DNA of 64,000 bases. Source: Hydrolagus affinis (taxonomy: Eukaryota). The stretch covers positions 1 through 64,000 of the forward strand of contig JAAILG010001494.1 in assembly GCA_012026655.1 (NCBI GenBank). The letters run 5' to 3'. This document shows, piece after piece, positions 52,266 to 64,000 of this stretch. A model generated the notes under the pieces. It had not been told where the DNA came from. It ran no database searches and saw nothing but the letters and a program-made list of their open reading frames with translations. The position numbers were made by a program, and so were the translations under genes. Every line of letters begins with the position of its first letter. Position 1 is the stretch's first letter.

Positions 52266-52973
52266 CAGAGCTGCCAACCTATTTTAACAAAAAAAAGTAC
52301 TTCTGAAAGCTAAAAACAGTATTATGTAGTAAAAAAAAAGTATTTGCCCCAGAACCTACCGGTACTTAACGAAAAAATTACAGCGCGAAAAGACACCAAG
52401 TAAAATGGGACTTCAAAACCCTCGTTAAGCAAAAATTGCATTAAGCGGGCGGGAGGGAGGTCCCTATTGTGTTTCTGTATATGAAAAAAATCGTTCCAAG
52501 TAATGCCTTGCGCCTAGCCTAGCGCCTAGTGCTAACATTTACAGTGTATCAGCGACGGCATAAGGTAGGTAGCACTGCTATTGAAGGCAGGGAGAGAGAG
52601 TAAAAGAGAAAGAGACTGAGACTGAGAGAGAGAGACTGAGTGGGACTGTGACAGCCAGAGACTCAAACAGAGTGAGAGAAAGAGACACAGAGAGAGAGAG
52701 AAAGAGAGAGAGCGCGACCAAGACAGNNNNNNNNNNNNNNNNNNNNNNNNNNNNNNNNNNNNNNNNNNNNNNNNNNNNNNNNNNNNNNNNNNNNNNNNNN
52801 NNNNNNNNNNNNNNNNNNNNNNNNNNNNNNNNNNNNNNNNNNNNNNNNNNNNNNNAGCATGGAACATATTCGGATTTTCCCAAAAACGTATTTTACCAAG
52901 AAAAATCGTACTGCCGTATTTACTTCAATTTACCGTACTAAATACGGCAAAAACGTACAGGTTGGCAGCTCTG
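52266..52973. mobile_element. Non-autonomous DNA transposon (hAT-like termini) inserted in a CR1 LINE, spanning an assembly gap
   Basis: Perfect 15-bp TIR CAGAGCTGCCAACCT / AGGTTGGCAGCTCTG; flanks ATATAG and GTATAG; CR1 sequence resumes on the other side. Confidence 0.85.
52727..52855. other. Assembly gap (129 N) next to a GA-rich simple repeat
   Basis: N run; (GA)n-rich sequence at about 52590-52712. Confidence 0.99.
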
Positions 52974-53547
52974 GTATAGAGTACAAAAGTCAGGAAGTTC
53001 TGACTAACCTCTATAAAACTTAATTAGGCCTCAGCTAGAGTACTGTATTCAATTCTGGTCACCACACTCTAGGAAGGATGTTAAGGCATTGGAAAGGGTA
53101 CAGAGGAGATTTACCAGGATGTTACCAGGAATGAGGACTTCAGTTATGAGGAAAGGCTAGAGAGGCTAGGTTTATTCTCATTGGAGCAGAGAAAGTTACA
53201 AGGAGATTGAATAGAGGTTTTCAAGACCATGAGGGGATTCGACAGGGTAAACAGGGAAAAACTGTTTCCACTGGTGACTCGAGGTCACAGATTTAAAATA
53301 GTTTCTAAAAGAAGCAGAGGGAGGTGAGGTGAGGAGAAATGTTTTCACTCAGCAAGTTGTTTGAATCGGGAATGCATTGTCTGAAAAGGTGGTGGAGGCC
53401 AATTCGATAACCTTGACGAATGTTTATGTGGGGAAGATGGGTTTGTGCAGTTATGGGGTGAGAGTTGGGGAGTGGGATTGAATTGCTTTTTTCAAAGAGC
53501 CGGCACAGACTCGATGGGCCAAATGATCTCATTTTGTGCCATAAGAT

Positions 53548-54212
53548 TACATAAGAACATAAGAATTAGGAGCAGGAGTAGGCCATTCGGCCCTTTGAGC
53601 CTACTCCATTCAATAAGATCATGGCTGATCTTCTCACCTAATTCTGATTACCTGCCCTATACCCATATCCCCTAATCCCTCTATTTTTCACAAATCTATC
53701 AGTCTCAGGCTTGAAAATGTTCAAGGACTGAGCATCTACAGCCTTCTGGGTGAAGAAATGTTTCCTCAACTCTGTTCTAAAAGGCTGACCCTTAGTTTTA
53801 AGACTGTGACCCCTGGTTATAGATTCTCCTACCAGGGGAAACAGTCCCTCAGTGCCTACTTTATCTAGCCCTTTATGAATTTTATATGTTTCAATAAGAT
53901 CCCCCCTAATTCTTCTGTACTCTAGAGAATACAGCCCTAGTTTATTCAACCTATCCTCATAGGTCAGTCCCCTCATCCCAGGAACTAACCTAATGAATCT
54001 ACGCTGCACCCCCTCTAAGGCAAGTATGTCCTTTTTTAAATAAGGAGACCAAAACTGCACACAATACCCTCGGTGCGGTCTCAGCAGAGCCCTATACAGT
54101 TCCACCAAGACTTCCCTGCTCTTATACTCTAAACCTTTTGAAATGAACGCTAGCATGCCGTTCGCCTTCTTAGTTGCTTGCTGCACCTGCAAACTAACTT
54201 TCTATGATTCTA
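53548..54212 (-). mobile_element. CR1 LINE 3' fragment, relatively young (RT C-terminal frame still open)
   Basis: ORF 53638-54192: KANGMLAFI...LYRALLRPH..YCVQFWSPYLKKDILALEGVQRRF.RL.PGM..L.YEDRL..LGLYSLE.RR.RGDLIETYKI; tail (TTCTTATG)n on the minus strand. Confidence 0.93.
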
Positions 54213-54239
54213 TGACATAAATAAGGAAATGGAAAGGAT

Positions 54240-54540
54240 GGAGGACAAAGCCCTAAGGAAAATGCACAAGATTTATATGGGAGAAGCTATTAGTGGAAAC
54301 AAAGTGAAAATGCCCGGCCAGATAAGATAAGAGTGAAATCAGGAAAATTCTGAGTCACAGGGAGGAGAGAAAGTGAAGGAGGATGAAGTGGTCAACAATG
54401 TCAAAGGTGGCAAAGAGATCAAGGAGATACAGGGAGTCCTAGTTACAGAGAAAGAACATCATTAATGACTTTGACCAGGGCTGTCTCGATGTGGCAGGAT
54501 CCAAAATGGAAGGACTGGTGTAAGGAGAGTAAAGAGTGAA
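54240..54540 (-). mobile_element. L2 LINE internal RT fragment
   Basis: ORF 54443-54649 (-) ends HIETALVKVIND (HSTETAL motif); plus strand gtggtcaacaatgtcaaaggtggcaaagagatcaagg is the reverse of the LDL.A.FD.VDH motif. Confidence 0.75.
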
Positions 54541-54559
54541 ACTGGAAGTCAACGACACA

Positions 54560-54870
54560 GTTTGGCTCAGTTGGTAGCTGATTTGTAAAAGGCTGTGAGT
54601 TCAAGCCCATTGTCAGGATTTGAATTTGTGGTGTAAGATGACCAGTCATCTAGTGTGGTACTGGAACAGTGCTGTCCTATGGGATATGATGTCCTTTGGA
54701 TGACAGATTAAACAAACACTCGTGACAATGTTTGAAAAGAGAAGGGAACCCTTCCCAGCATCCTGCCTAACAATACCAAAATAAATTGATCATTCGCTTC
54801 ATGGCTCTTTGTTGGAACACTGATGTGTGTAGAATTGACTGTCTCATTTGCCTACAAGGTACACAGTCAT
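54560..54870 (+). mobile_element. Old SINE with tRNA-like head and Deu-domain-like body
   Basis: ggctcagttggtagc..gagttcaagccc head; gtggtactggaacagtgctg..ctttggatgacagattaaac..tttgaaaagagaagggaac resembles the Deu domain of AmnSINE1/SacSINE1 as recalled. Confidence 0.65.
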
Positions 54871-55779
54871 GATGAAGTTAAATTCTGAGATGGTATAATC
54901 CCTTCTGACCTTGTAGCAAGCATGCAATTAGCTGAACCAATATATGTAGAGTAACATTTCTATTGTGGAAACACAACAGGAAGAATCACTGCAGTGATAA
55001 TACTGTGGCCTTTTAAACCATCTCCCACAAATATGCAGTCAATTCACTTTGCAGTACATTCTGTGACGCGCTTTGGAACGTCGATAAGATGTGAAAAGTT
55101 CTATATCAAATGCAAGGATTATTATTATTATTATCTTCTAAAACCATTTTAAAGACAGTTTATTTTCCTTTTTTTTAATGAAATATCGTTTTTTTCCTAA
55201 TTCACCCCCCGCCCCCCCCCTCCCCATCTCGACCTATTCCCCTCCTGTGAGGAAGCTTCTCTTTGAATACAGATTGATCACACACCGCTCCCAATTCTAG
55301 ATTTCAATAATCTTAGGAGATCAATCAAGGATAGTTTGAGAAGATCACAAAGTAAAGATTTTTTTTGACTGATTTGAACAGAGAAAGTTGAATTTCCAGT
55401 GTACATGATGGGAATAACCATAATTAACTATTATCAGCCAGATTCATTTAGAACTTTTCAGCTAACCAAACTGTGGTAATACTTCCTGAAGTTTTCCTTT
55501 CTACAACTCTCGGCCAGCAACATAAAGACCTTCTGTATTCATGCTACAGATCAGAGCGGGACCAGCAGGTTTGGGTACCAGGGCATGGCCCACCCTAGAC
55601 TCTTAGTAGTTTCCTCCTGTCTGGGCATGTTTTACTTATTAAACACACTTAATGACCCTGTGAACTCCTTATTATGTGGCCAATTAGTGTTTCATGCTAC
55701 TTTTTATCTGATTATTCATGTGCATGTTGGGATTCTTTCTGTTGGAGACTGTTCAGGGATGATATGCCAAATATGCTGA

Positions 55780-55990
55780 ATATAATGAAAGGTTTGGAAG
55801 TATTAATTGTTGAAAAGCTCTTCTAGCAGGGGATTCGAGGACAAGAGGGCATGAATTCCAGATAGTGACTAGGGGAGTTCAAGGAAAGGTTTTAAGAACT
55901 TCTCCCAGAGAGTTTCCAAAGTATGGAGTTATTTGTTCAGATGGTTGTTCGAGCAGAGCTCAATTTGACTTTTATAAGGAAATTGGGCAA
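55780..55990 (+). mobile_element. Degenerate CR1 3' coding fragment
   Basis: ataatgaaaggtttgga...aggacaagagggcatga...ttctcccagagagt resembles the CR1 ORF2 C-terminus. Confidence 0.55.
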
Positions 55991-56022
55991 ACAGCACATG
56001 TAGAGGAAGTCCTGCACACATA

Positions 56023-56381
56023 GAGTCCTGTAGCTTGGTGGTTAGAGCACTCGCCTCGTAAGTGAGAGACCTGGGTTTGATTTCCGGCAGGGCGAAATGT
56101 GGGGCAAATTTCTTTACTCCGCATGATTTTGTTTACCTAGCAGTAAGTAGGAACCTGGTCATTAGTTGATTGGTGAATCGCTTTTCCGGGGTAATAATTC
56201 CTTTAAAAACAATTGCTCATTCAATCCACGACTATTTATGGGAAACTGCTGCGTGCAATTGGCTGCTGCATTTTGCCACAAAATATACTGTCAATTCATT
56301 TTACAATATATTCTGTGAAGCATTTTGAGACATTTTGAAGAAGTAATAAGGCACTATTTCAAATACAAGATTATTATTATA
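56023..56381 (+). mobile_element. tRNA-derived SINE, longest variant with CORE-like central segment
   Basis: gagtcctgtagcttggtggttagagcactcgcc..gggcaaatttctttactcc..gtttacctagcagtaagtaggaacctggtc..tail. Confidence 0.88.
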
Positions 56382-56533
56382 CATAATAAACAGCAGAGAA
56401 TTTGGATTAGAATGGCTTCTCGGAATATAATAATAATCCTTACATTTGATATAGTGTCTTATCATGAATTGACTTGTTATTTGTGGATGAAAATGTAGCA
56501 GCAGGTTGCAGCAATGACTCACAAACAGCCATT

Positions 56534-57012
56534 TCCTTGCCAGACTTCACTGGCTCCCTGACTTGGAGTGGATCGATTTCAAGATTCTCACTGTTGTTTT
56601 CAAATCCCTCCACTCCTCTGCACCCTCCTACCTCTCTGACCTCCTCTCTCCTCACAACAGCATCCATTGCCTTCGCTCTACTAGGTCGAGCTGCCTCCTT
56701 GTCCCCCGAATCCTCCACTCCACCGTCGGCGGCCGTGCCTTTAGCCATTACGCCCCGAGGCTCTCTGGAACTCCTTTCCTCATTCCCTTCGCCTCGCCCC
56801 CTCTTTTCCTATTTTCAGGTCACAGCTAAAGACCTTTCTTTTCGACTGCGCTTTTTGGTCACCTTTTTTCCCCTTCCCCCTGGCTCGGCCCCAGGATCCA
56901 TTATTGTGAAGCAATCTGTGATGCCGTCTGGCGTGGAGGACGCTATATAAAGCGCTTTGGGACATCCTCCCAGCGTATAATGCGCTCTATAAATGTCATT
57001 TTGTTGTTCTTG
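56534..57012 (+). mobile_element. L2 LINE 3' fragment with a second L2 tail appended
   Basis: WIDFKILTVVFKSLHSSAPSYLSDLL...VGGRAFSHYAPRL (ORF 56563-56829); highly similar to the 31571-31981 copy. Confidence 0.88.
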
Positions 57013-57934
57013 TCATATTTAAATCCAAGTTGTTGTTGTGTTTGAGTGAATGACCAATCTAGAGTAAGCCTAGTTTACATGAGTTCAAAGTCTTGACATA
57101 GGGGTTGAACCTAAAATCTTCTGTTACAGAGATGAGTGTTAGTGTTACCAACTGAGCAAGCCAGGCTGAAACTCTTTTCTGCAACCAACCCACAACATAA
57201 CTTCTCTAACCTACATGGCATTTTCACTCCTTCTCCTTTTCTCTATCTTACCTTTACAAAACTCTGCACATACCATGGATGTTCCAACCGCCTGCTTCTG
57301 CTGCTGCATAAGGAAGTTTGTTTCTAATATACAATCGATAAGATGGTTCCATAGAGTTGACCACACTAGCATACAGCAGACACACAGCGCAAGTCTCAGC
57401 TGTTGCTTAATAAAATGTTAGTATCCTGCACAACAGGATATACTTTATCCTGAAATAATTGAAACCTCCAATACATTAAAGTAGCACAAGCCTACACAGC
57501 TCGCAAAGCTCACCTACCCAGGCCTCCTGTTAAGACTGATTTATCTTAGTTGAAATAAATTGCTGCTGTATATATTCATGGCAACAAATGGACATCGATT
57601 GGTGTAATCTATTGTAATATTATTTTCCTCCTGTTAGCAGTTTGTATTCAATGGCCATTCAATGAACTTCTTGTGCACTCTGTTCCCATCCTCACACTGT
57701 GCACTTGTCTTGCCACCACCCTATTAAAAATAAGGGCTTTTGTGAAAATGAGAAAAAAAAACTATTTTTACAGCACTTGATACCCACACACAAACATGAA
57801 GATAACCTTGTGTCAGATGGATTAATAAACTAAGATCCTTTGAAAGGAGAGCTGCTCTTGTATGAAGCTATTTTTCAACAGTGGAAAACGCTCTCAAGCG
57901 AACTTGAAGTACATGCTTTGGAGTCAACATCTGA

Positions 57935-58660
57935 ACAACAACAACAACCTGCCATAAGCACGGTTGAAGAGAACGTTTTCAGGCAGGACTTCAATAAGGG
58001 GAACCAGGAGGCAAGGCAGAGGGATTGATGGAGAGTGTTCTAGAGTTTCAGGGTGTAGTGGCTGAATGTGTGATCTACAATGGTAAAGCGGAGGGTGCGG
58101 AGAACAAGTAGGAGGCTGTTGCCAGTTGAGTGGAGGCACCAGGTGATGGATTGGGGTGTGAGGAGCTTGCGGAGATAGGGAGATACCAGACAATGAATGG
58201 ATTTGAACACAAGTGTGAGAATCTTAAAGTTGTTCAATGATGGGGAGTTAATGGAGCCTGGCCAGAACTAGTGAGATAGTGGGTATGGAGTTTTGGCCGG
58301 TTAATTACGTGGGTAGCAGGGTTCTGAATGAGCTGGATTTTGTGAATACTAGAGCTAGGGAGACCAGCGAGGAGTGTATTTGAGTAATCCAGGTGAGAGG
58401 TGGCAAATGCATGTACGAGGGTTTGGGCTGCAATTTGGGTAAGATACGGTTGGAGACGGAATGTGATGGAGGAAGGCGGTCCTAGTCAGAGTTCGGATGT
58501 GGGGGAGGAAGGACAGATGGGGGTCGAACTGGACTCCTAGATTGTGTTCTTTTTGGTGAATCTGAGGGGGAGACCATGGAGTTGAGTTCAGATCCGCAGG
58601 AGTAAAAATGGGAACCAAGGAGTATGTTCAGCTGCAGGACTGTGGGGGTCAAAAATATGT
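57935..58660 (-). mobile_element. L2 LINE fragment
   Basis: NLGVQFDPHLSFLPHI (ORF 58355-58618) and FKILTLVFKSIH..SPYL (ORF 58040-58237). Confidence 0.82.
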
Positions 58661-60231
58661 GATGTGCAAATATCACTTCACTTTTCACTATTGTATAATG
58701 TAAGGATAAAAAAAAGTCTCAGCAGGCATTCTTCTGTGCCCACATTCGTCATCTTGAACATTCTTGTCCATAACCGTGACACAGAAACTCAAGGTCAGTG
58801 CTGGAGCCACATTGTTCTTAGCAGATGTGTCACTGAATCCAGGTGAGATAAATAAATGAGCCCAGTATGCTCAGACCAGAGGAATGAGAAACATTTATGG
58901 TATTTCATTGGAGGGAGGATATATTGAAATAAGTGACTTCACAACAGCTCTCCTCTAAAATGATCTTTCGCCCACATATATAGTCAATTCACTTTACAGA
59001 TATTCTTTGAAGCACTTTGAGAAGTCTAGAAGACGTGATAAAGCGTTATATCAAATGCAAGTATTATTATATTAGTTTACTCATCCTATACAAATATAAC
59101 TTTGTTGTTGTAGTTTACTTGTTCATCTGAAACAAATTTCTGTTATCCCCCATCCTCAAATCTAGCACTTCTGGATATTGGCACTCAAATCTCTCCTACT
59201 GAAATCTTGGGATGAAAAGCCATGAGAAGTCACCTTTGGAGCAACTATCAGACAAGTGCAAGAGCTATTTTAATACTGGCTGGATTCTATTGTTAATAGC
59301 GTGTAGAAACAACATTGGTCTAAGAGATCACCCCCGCTACACAGACGGGTACATAGACAAGGAAATAACTCACAGGCAGAGTTACAGTTTCATTATCTGA
59401 CAGCCAGTTTTCACTGAAAGCCCGTCACAGATGTGCCTTGGCAGCTTTGAGCAGGGACTCTTCATATTTCTTCCTGGATTTTATTTCATGCGCCACTGTC
59501 AAAAAGCCCAGAAGATAATTGTGCTGGCATCGAACAGCTACTCTTTCATCTTCCTCACTAACACCCATCTCCCAAGGCCCAATTGCCAAGGGCAATGCAA
59601 ATGGAATAAGAAAGCCACATGAATTCTATAATTAGCCAAAAGAATATGCACCAAAATATCATTGAACCAACACCTCGTATTTCACACTGTCAGCATGTGT
59701 TAAGAAGAAACAATTATTTATATTTTTAAATGCATCTCGACACATCCGGAAACTTGAAGGTCAGATTCCAATTACAGTGAGTTGGGACTTGCAATAAATA
59801 CAGGGTGCTGTGTAAAATATTAACACATACAATGAAGAGAAATATCCTATGGCCCTATTATGCTGAAATTAATAAGTGTCCTGAGGCAAAAGCAGATTAA
59901 CTTCCCAAGAGATCAATAAATCAATTTTCAACATCAGTCAACAAGCAGGAGAGTAAATAAAAGGTTATCCACATTTACTGAACTCACACATCACTGGATA
60001 TGACCATAAAAATGCAGACATAGTATCAATTATTGTACAAAAAGCAATTTAATATCTTGCAGCTTTAGTAAAGGGAGAGGGGAGTGGAACCATTAGAATC
60101 ATTAGATTTATCTATGCATTTCAAAATTAGAAATGGAACTTACTGATATCAGGCTTGCTACTGGAATGTTATGCTGTTCTTTATGTTTTATAGTAGGTGG
60201 TTATTAGGTTGATACCTCATCCCCTGATACA

Positions 60232-60774
60232 CAGGTATCCCGCCCCAACCATGGCCTCGCCAACCATGAAACGCATGCATCCAAGGTTTGCTAAATGCGA
60301 CAACCCTCACAAACCGCATTTTGCGTGTCCGCGATTTAAATCTGCGGGTTTAAATTTTCAAGTTTAGCATAGCGTATAGCACTAGGACCCAGTTACTATG
60401 TCGCAATCAACCCGCAAGATGTCGCTTCTCTCATAGGATTAAGGTAAATCTCCATTGATTTCTNNNNNNNNNNNNNNNNNNNNNNNNNNNNNNNNNNNNN
60501 NNNNNNNNNNNNNNNNNNNNNNNNNNNNNNNNNNNNNNNNNNNNNNNNNNNNNNNNNNNNNNNACCCCCACCCTCCGTATCACCCACATTCCACAAATCT
60601 ATTCCCCATATCTCCATGTTTCCCTTAGGGCCATGCATTTTCCAACCGCGAAAAAGCAAACGTACTCCCCCTATCTCCATGTTTCCCATAGGGCCCTGCA
60701 TTTTCCAACTGCGATTTTTACCAACCACGGAAGTTTAGAGGAACATATCCCCCGTGGTTGGGGAGGGATACCTG
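60232..60774. mobile_element. Tigger/pogo-like non-autonomous element spanning an assembly gap
   Basis: 23-bp TIRs CAGGTATCCCGCCCCAACCATGG / CCGTGGTTGGGGAGGGATACCTG (2 mismatches); TA on the right, CA on the left. Confidence 0.8.
60464..60563. other. Assembly gap (100 N, probably an unsized placeholder)
   Basis: N run. Confidence 0.99.
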
Positions 60775-63700
60775 TATATGGAATTCTAGATGTTACTAGA
60801 CCGGATTATCCATTACAGTCCCAATCACATTCAACTTTATTGGCATTGCAAATAAATCACTGGAGATGCCTTTTATTGAATGTGGTGGTGGCAAGGAGAA
60901 TGCAGTGTGAGGGCGGGAACAAAGTACATGAGGTGTCACTGATTTGATTGGTTCCAACTGACCCAAAAAACAACAATTGACAATGACAGACAAAAAAAAG
61001 AGGGAATCTATTGAAAGGAGGTGAAACTTTAGATAAAACATACAACAGGTGGCGATTGATAACAAAGGAGATAATGCAAATGCTTGGTGACCATGATAAA
61101 TGGTAAAGGGTATGGACTCCATTTGACTACTAATGAAATATTCAATGCCCTATCCAGCTACTTTGATGTGTTCTTAGTGTATTTAGTGTCTCCAGCATTG
61201 AACACCCTCCTGAAAGGGAGTATCAAATGCATTAAGACAGTGCCTGACAGTTGATTACTTTTATATAATTTTATCATAATTCCCTCTCCCCGCTTCACAT
61301 ACACACACCTAAACACACACACTACACAGAATGCTCATCCTATACTATCATCATTAGTTAATATCTGGGTCCTATTATGGCTCCTTTAAGAGAGTATAGT
61401 AAAACCGTTTTTGTCAAATTGAGAATCTATTTGAATATGGAATTGTAGCTGGGATTAGTGTCTACTCAGTAGTGCCATAAAATTTAACACTGAGGCTGGA
61501 ATTTTTGCTTGATCAATGAGCAACAAAATTCCAGTCTTTGTCACTTGAGCCGACTGATCTATTCTTTCAGAGGATATCACTTTGAGGGAGTGATTTTCTT
61601 TAGACTTGCTTACAATATTTTGAAAAGAATTTCCAAAGGGTTAACAGGCTCCCTTGGTGTTAAACTGTTTTCAATGGGCAACATCTTCATGAAGAAGTGT
61701 GCGCCAAAGTTTTTTTTATGCATTGTCGCAACCAATGTGTGACAGTATTACCAACGTCAAAACTGATCTATTGATTCTCTTTGGACTAAATCTGTCAAAT
61801 AGTCGCCTTTCATGCTTCTGTAATAAATTAATAATGTGTTGAACAAAAAAACGCCCTTGACGTCATGGTTTCTTAATGAATCCTTTTGTAACTGGTTTAA
61901 AATTGGGTTTAAATTTTTTGTGCGTTTCGCTTTGATTTACCCTTACTGCATTTCTGCCTCAACCCTTCCACCACATTCATATTCAGAAGGGAGAGGGGAA
62001 TACGATAAGATCACAAACAGTGAGCCTGGGGTGGGGAGTGGGGGAGAACAAAATCTAAGAAAAAAAAGTCATCAGCACTCATTGTACAACCCTCTCTTCA
62101 GAGCTACAAGGTTACATATTGTTCTGCTAAAGGACACATCAGATTGGTGCAGTTTCACATGACAATGGACAGCTGCATTTTATGACTGCTTGATTTTTCT
62201 GTTTTAAAGTTGTCTTTAAAAGCCCGCAGAAAGAAGGCACATAGGTTGTTCAGCAGCAAGTCTTCGGCAGCCGCAGACAAACAAGAAGCCAATTGCCTTT
62301 CACAAAACCACTACAGATAGCAGTGCCATGATTTTCTTGACCGTTCACGTCTACTAGGCATGGTGTTCTTCAACCAAAGGTGTCTTGATGCAAAATTAAT
62401 CACATTCTCAAATCTTTATTTTTTTTCTCGCTCAGAGCAGCTCAAAAAACATGTGTGTTAGGAACTCATACTTTTTTTTACCCCAACACAAAATCAAATC
62501 ATTCTTCTCAGAGAGTGGGATCGCTGGTCAGTGAGGCTATTTGTTGGGGGTCAGTCATTGGTTTTCAGAATGTCTCGGTCACTCTTACTGAAACAGTGGA
62601 GTCATTGATTCTGTGTAATTACCAGCTAGTTGGCACTGTTTAGTAAATTAATTTGCTGATTTAATATTATTGTTGAATTTGTTTGATTATTGCTTAGGGT
62701 AATCAATTAATTCATATGTTTTTTTTAAATCACCTTTATCACCTTTACAATAAAATAAGATACTATCACTAGATGTCGGACAATTCAAACAATTTTGTAC
62801 TTCAGATATATAATTGAGGTGAAGTATGCAATGAAGTGTGAGCCATTTAATAAGTAGTTTGTAAAAGCTCCACTTTACAGTGAACCTGCTGAGAATTATT
62901 TAGCAGTGCTACATTTAACATTTGTACAGGGATAGTTTGACAAAGTTTTCAGTTGGGGCTCAGGTAATGCCTGGCTGCTGATCCAGATACTCGGTTTAAG
63001 AAACACCACATCAGCTGCAGGAAAAATTGTGTTGCTGGCAAATGTAATATCTGCCGCAGTACACACTACCTCAGTGTAATTTTCACTCCTTTACCTTTCC
63101 CACAACACAGAAGGGTTTTCTTATCATGGTGGCACATAGACAACATTCCCCTGGATAAAATTGGATATTAACTAATAGCTATTTGTGGACATTACAGTGC
63201 ATTAATTGTCTAATGCGATTGCCTACAAATTACAATCACTACACTTTACAGTAAAATTTGTGCAGCGCTTTGAGAAGTTTCAATAAAGTGATAAGGTGCT
63301 TATTATAAGCATTATATTTAAGAAAAGTCATCCTTCAGCAGTAGGTCGCTCTTTGAGACTTTCAAACACTTCTATTATTCTGGTGATTAAAAGTGATTTG
63401 TGTGGATTTGCTTGCCAAATGTGCAGCTCTAATAAGGTTTCAGACAGGAGCAGTGCTCCTGGAGCTCCTTGAAGGAGTTGTGTTCACAATCAGTGTGGTT
63501 TATACAGGAAGATCTCAGTAATTATAAACTCAGCAATTGTGACTTGCACTGGGCTTGTTCCCCACACTCCGTTCAAAAGTTAAGCACCCTGTACAGCATG
63601 AGTAATTTTAAACCTGACAATTTTAACATTACAAAAGGGGTGGTCATGGTACCAGCTGTTTATTGCAATCAGGTTAAAAAACAAATGCATGATTTTGGCT

Positions 63701-64000
63701 TTCCTTTTTTATTTCTGGATCAATTGATGCAATCCAGATCATTATATCACTTAGTGCAATATGGCTTCACTTCCAACATAATAACCACAGCATGAGGTTC
63801 ACCTGGTCGGTCTTATTAAACAAACAGTTAAGTTTGCATTTTCTATGCCAATTTTTGGAAACCTTTGTTTTCAGACAATTGTTTTTCAATGTGAGAATGG
63901 AGGCACATCAAAATAAGGAGTACAATAATTTTAATTTATTTGATTAGAACAAAGCAAATTAATTCATGAATGTAAAATAAGATAAAATAAAGCCAGAGAT

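Larger units (their letters stand above)
52040..53545 (+). mobile_element. CR1 LINE 3' fragment (RT C-terminus plus 3' UTR), interrupted by a DNA transposon
   Basis: CR1 hallmarks: cagctagagtactgtattcaattctggtcaccacac (LEYCIQFWSP), ggcattggaaagggtacagaggagatttaccagg (ALERVQRRFTR), ttctcattggagcagagaa, 3' UTR gatgggccaaatg. Confidence 0.9.

Noticed and set aside
53638-54192. 184-aa ORF as a host gene
   Set aside because: CR1 reverse transcriptase C-terminal fragment, 5'-truncated.
36828-64000. Large upstream EPHA7 ligand-binding-domain exon
   Set aside because: It would give a long Eph-like ORF; none appears in the ORF track, so it lies outside the window.

Overview
AT-rich vertebrate genomic DNA, most likely a cartilaginous fish (probably a holocephalan/chimaera, inferred from the SINE/L2/CR1/Penelope repeat landscape). 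The whole window lies inside an EPHA7 receptor tyrosine kinase gene on the minus strand. Only two coding exons are present: 36827-36672 (156 bp, end of the Cys-rich/EGF-like region, not in the ORF track) and 35543-35208 (336 bp, first fibronectin type III domain), both with canonical AG/GT splice sites and compatible phase. The rest is intronic (>27 kb upstream, 1.1 kb between the exons, >35 kb downstream). It is filled with tRNA-headed SINEs, Deu-domain-like SINEs, L2 and CR1 LINE 3' fragments, Penelope-like remnants and several non-autonomous DNA transposons, many nested, plus two assembly gaps. I found no clearly novel protein-coding system. The most notable signals are a dense Pbx-Hox/Meis motif cluster (candidate enhancer), a perfect 25-bp hairpin, a composite TIR element with an apparent 6-bp target duplication, nested MITEs with an in-window empty-site copy, old local inverted duplications, and a possible exon read-through soluble EphA7 isoform. 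All alignments were done by eye and repeat boundaries are approximate.
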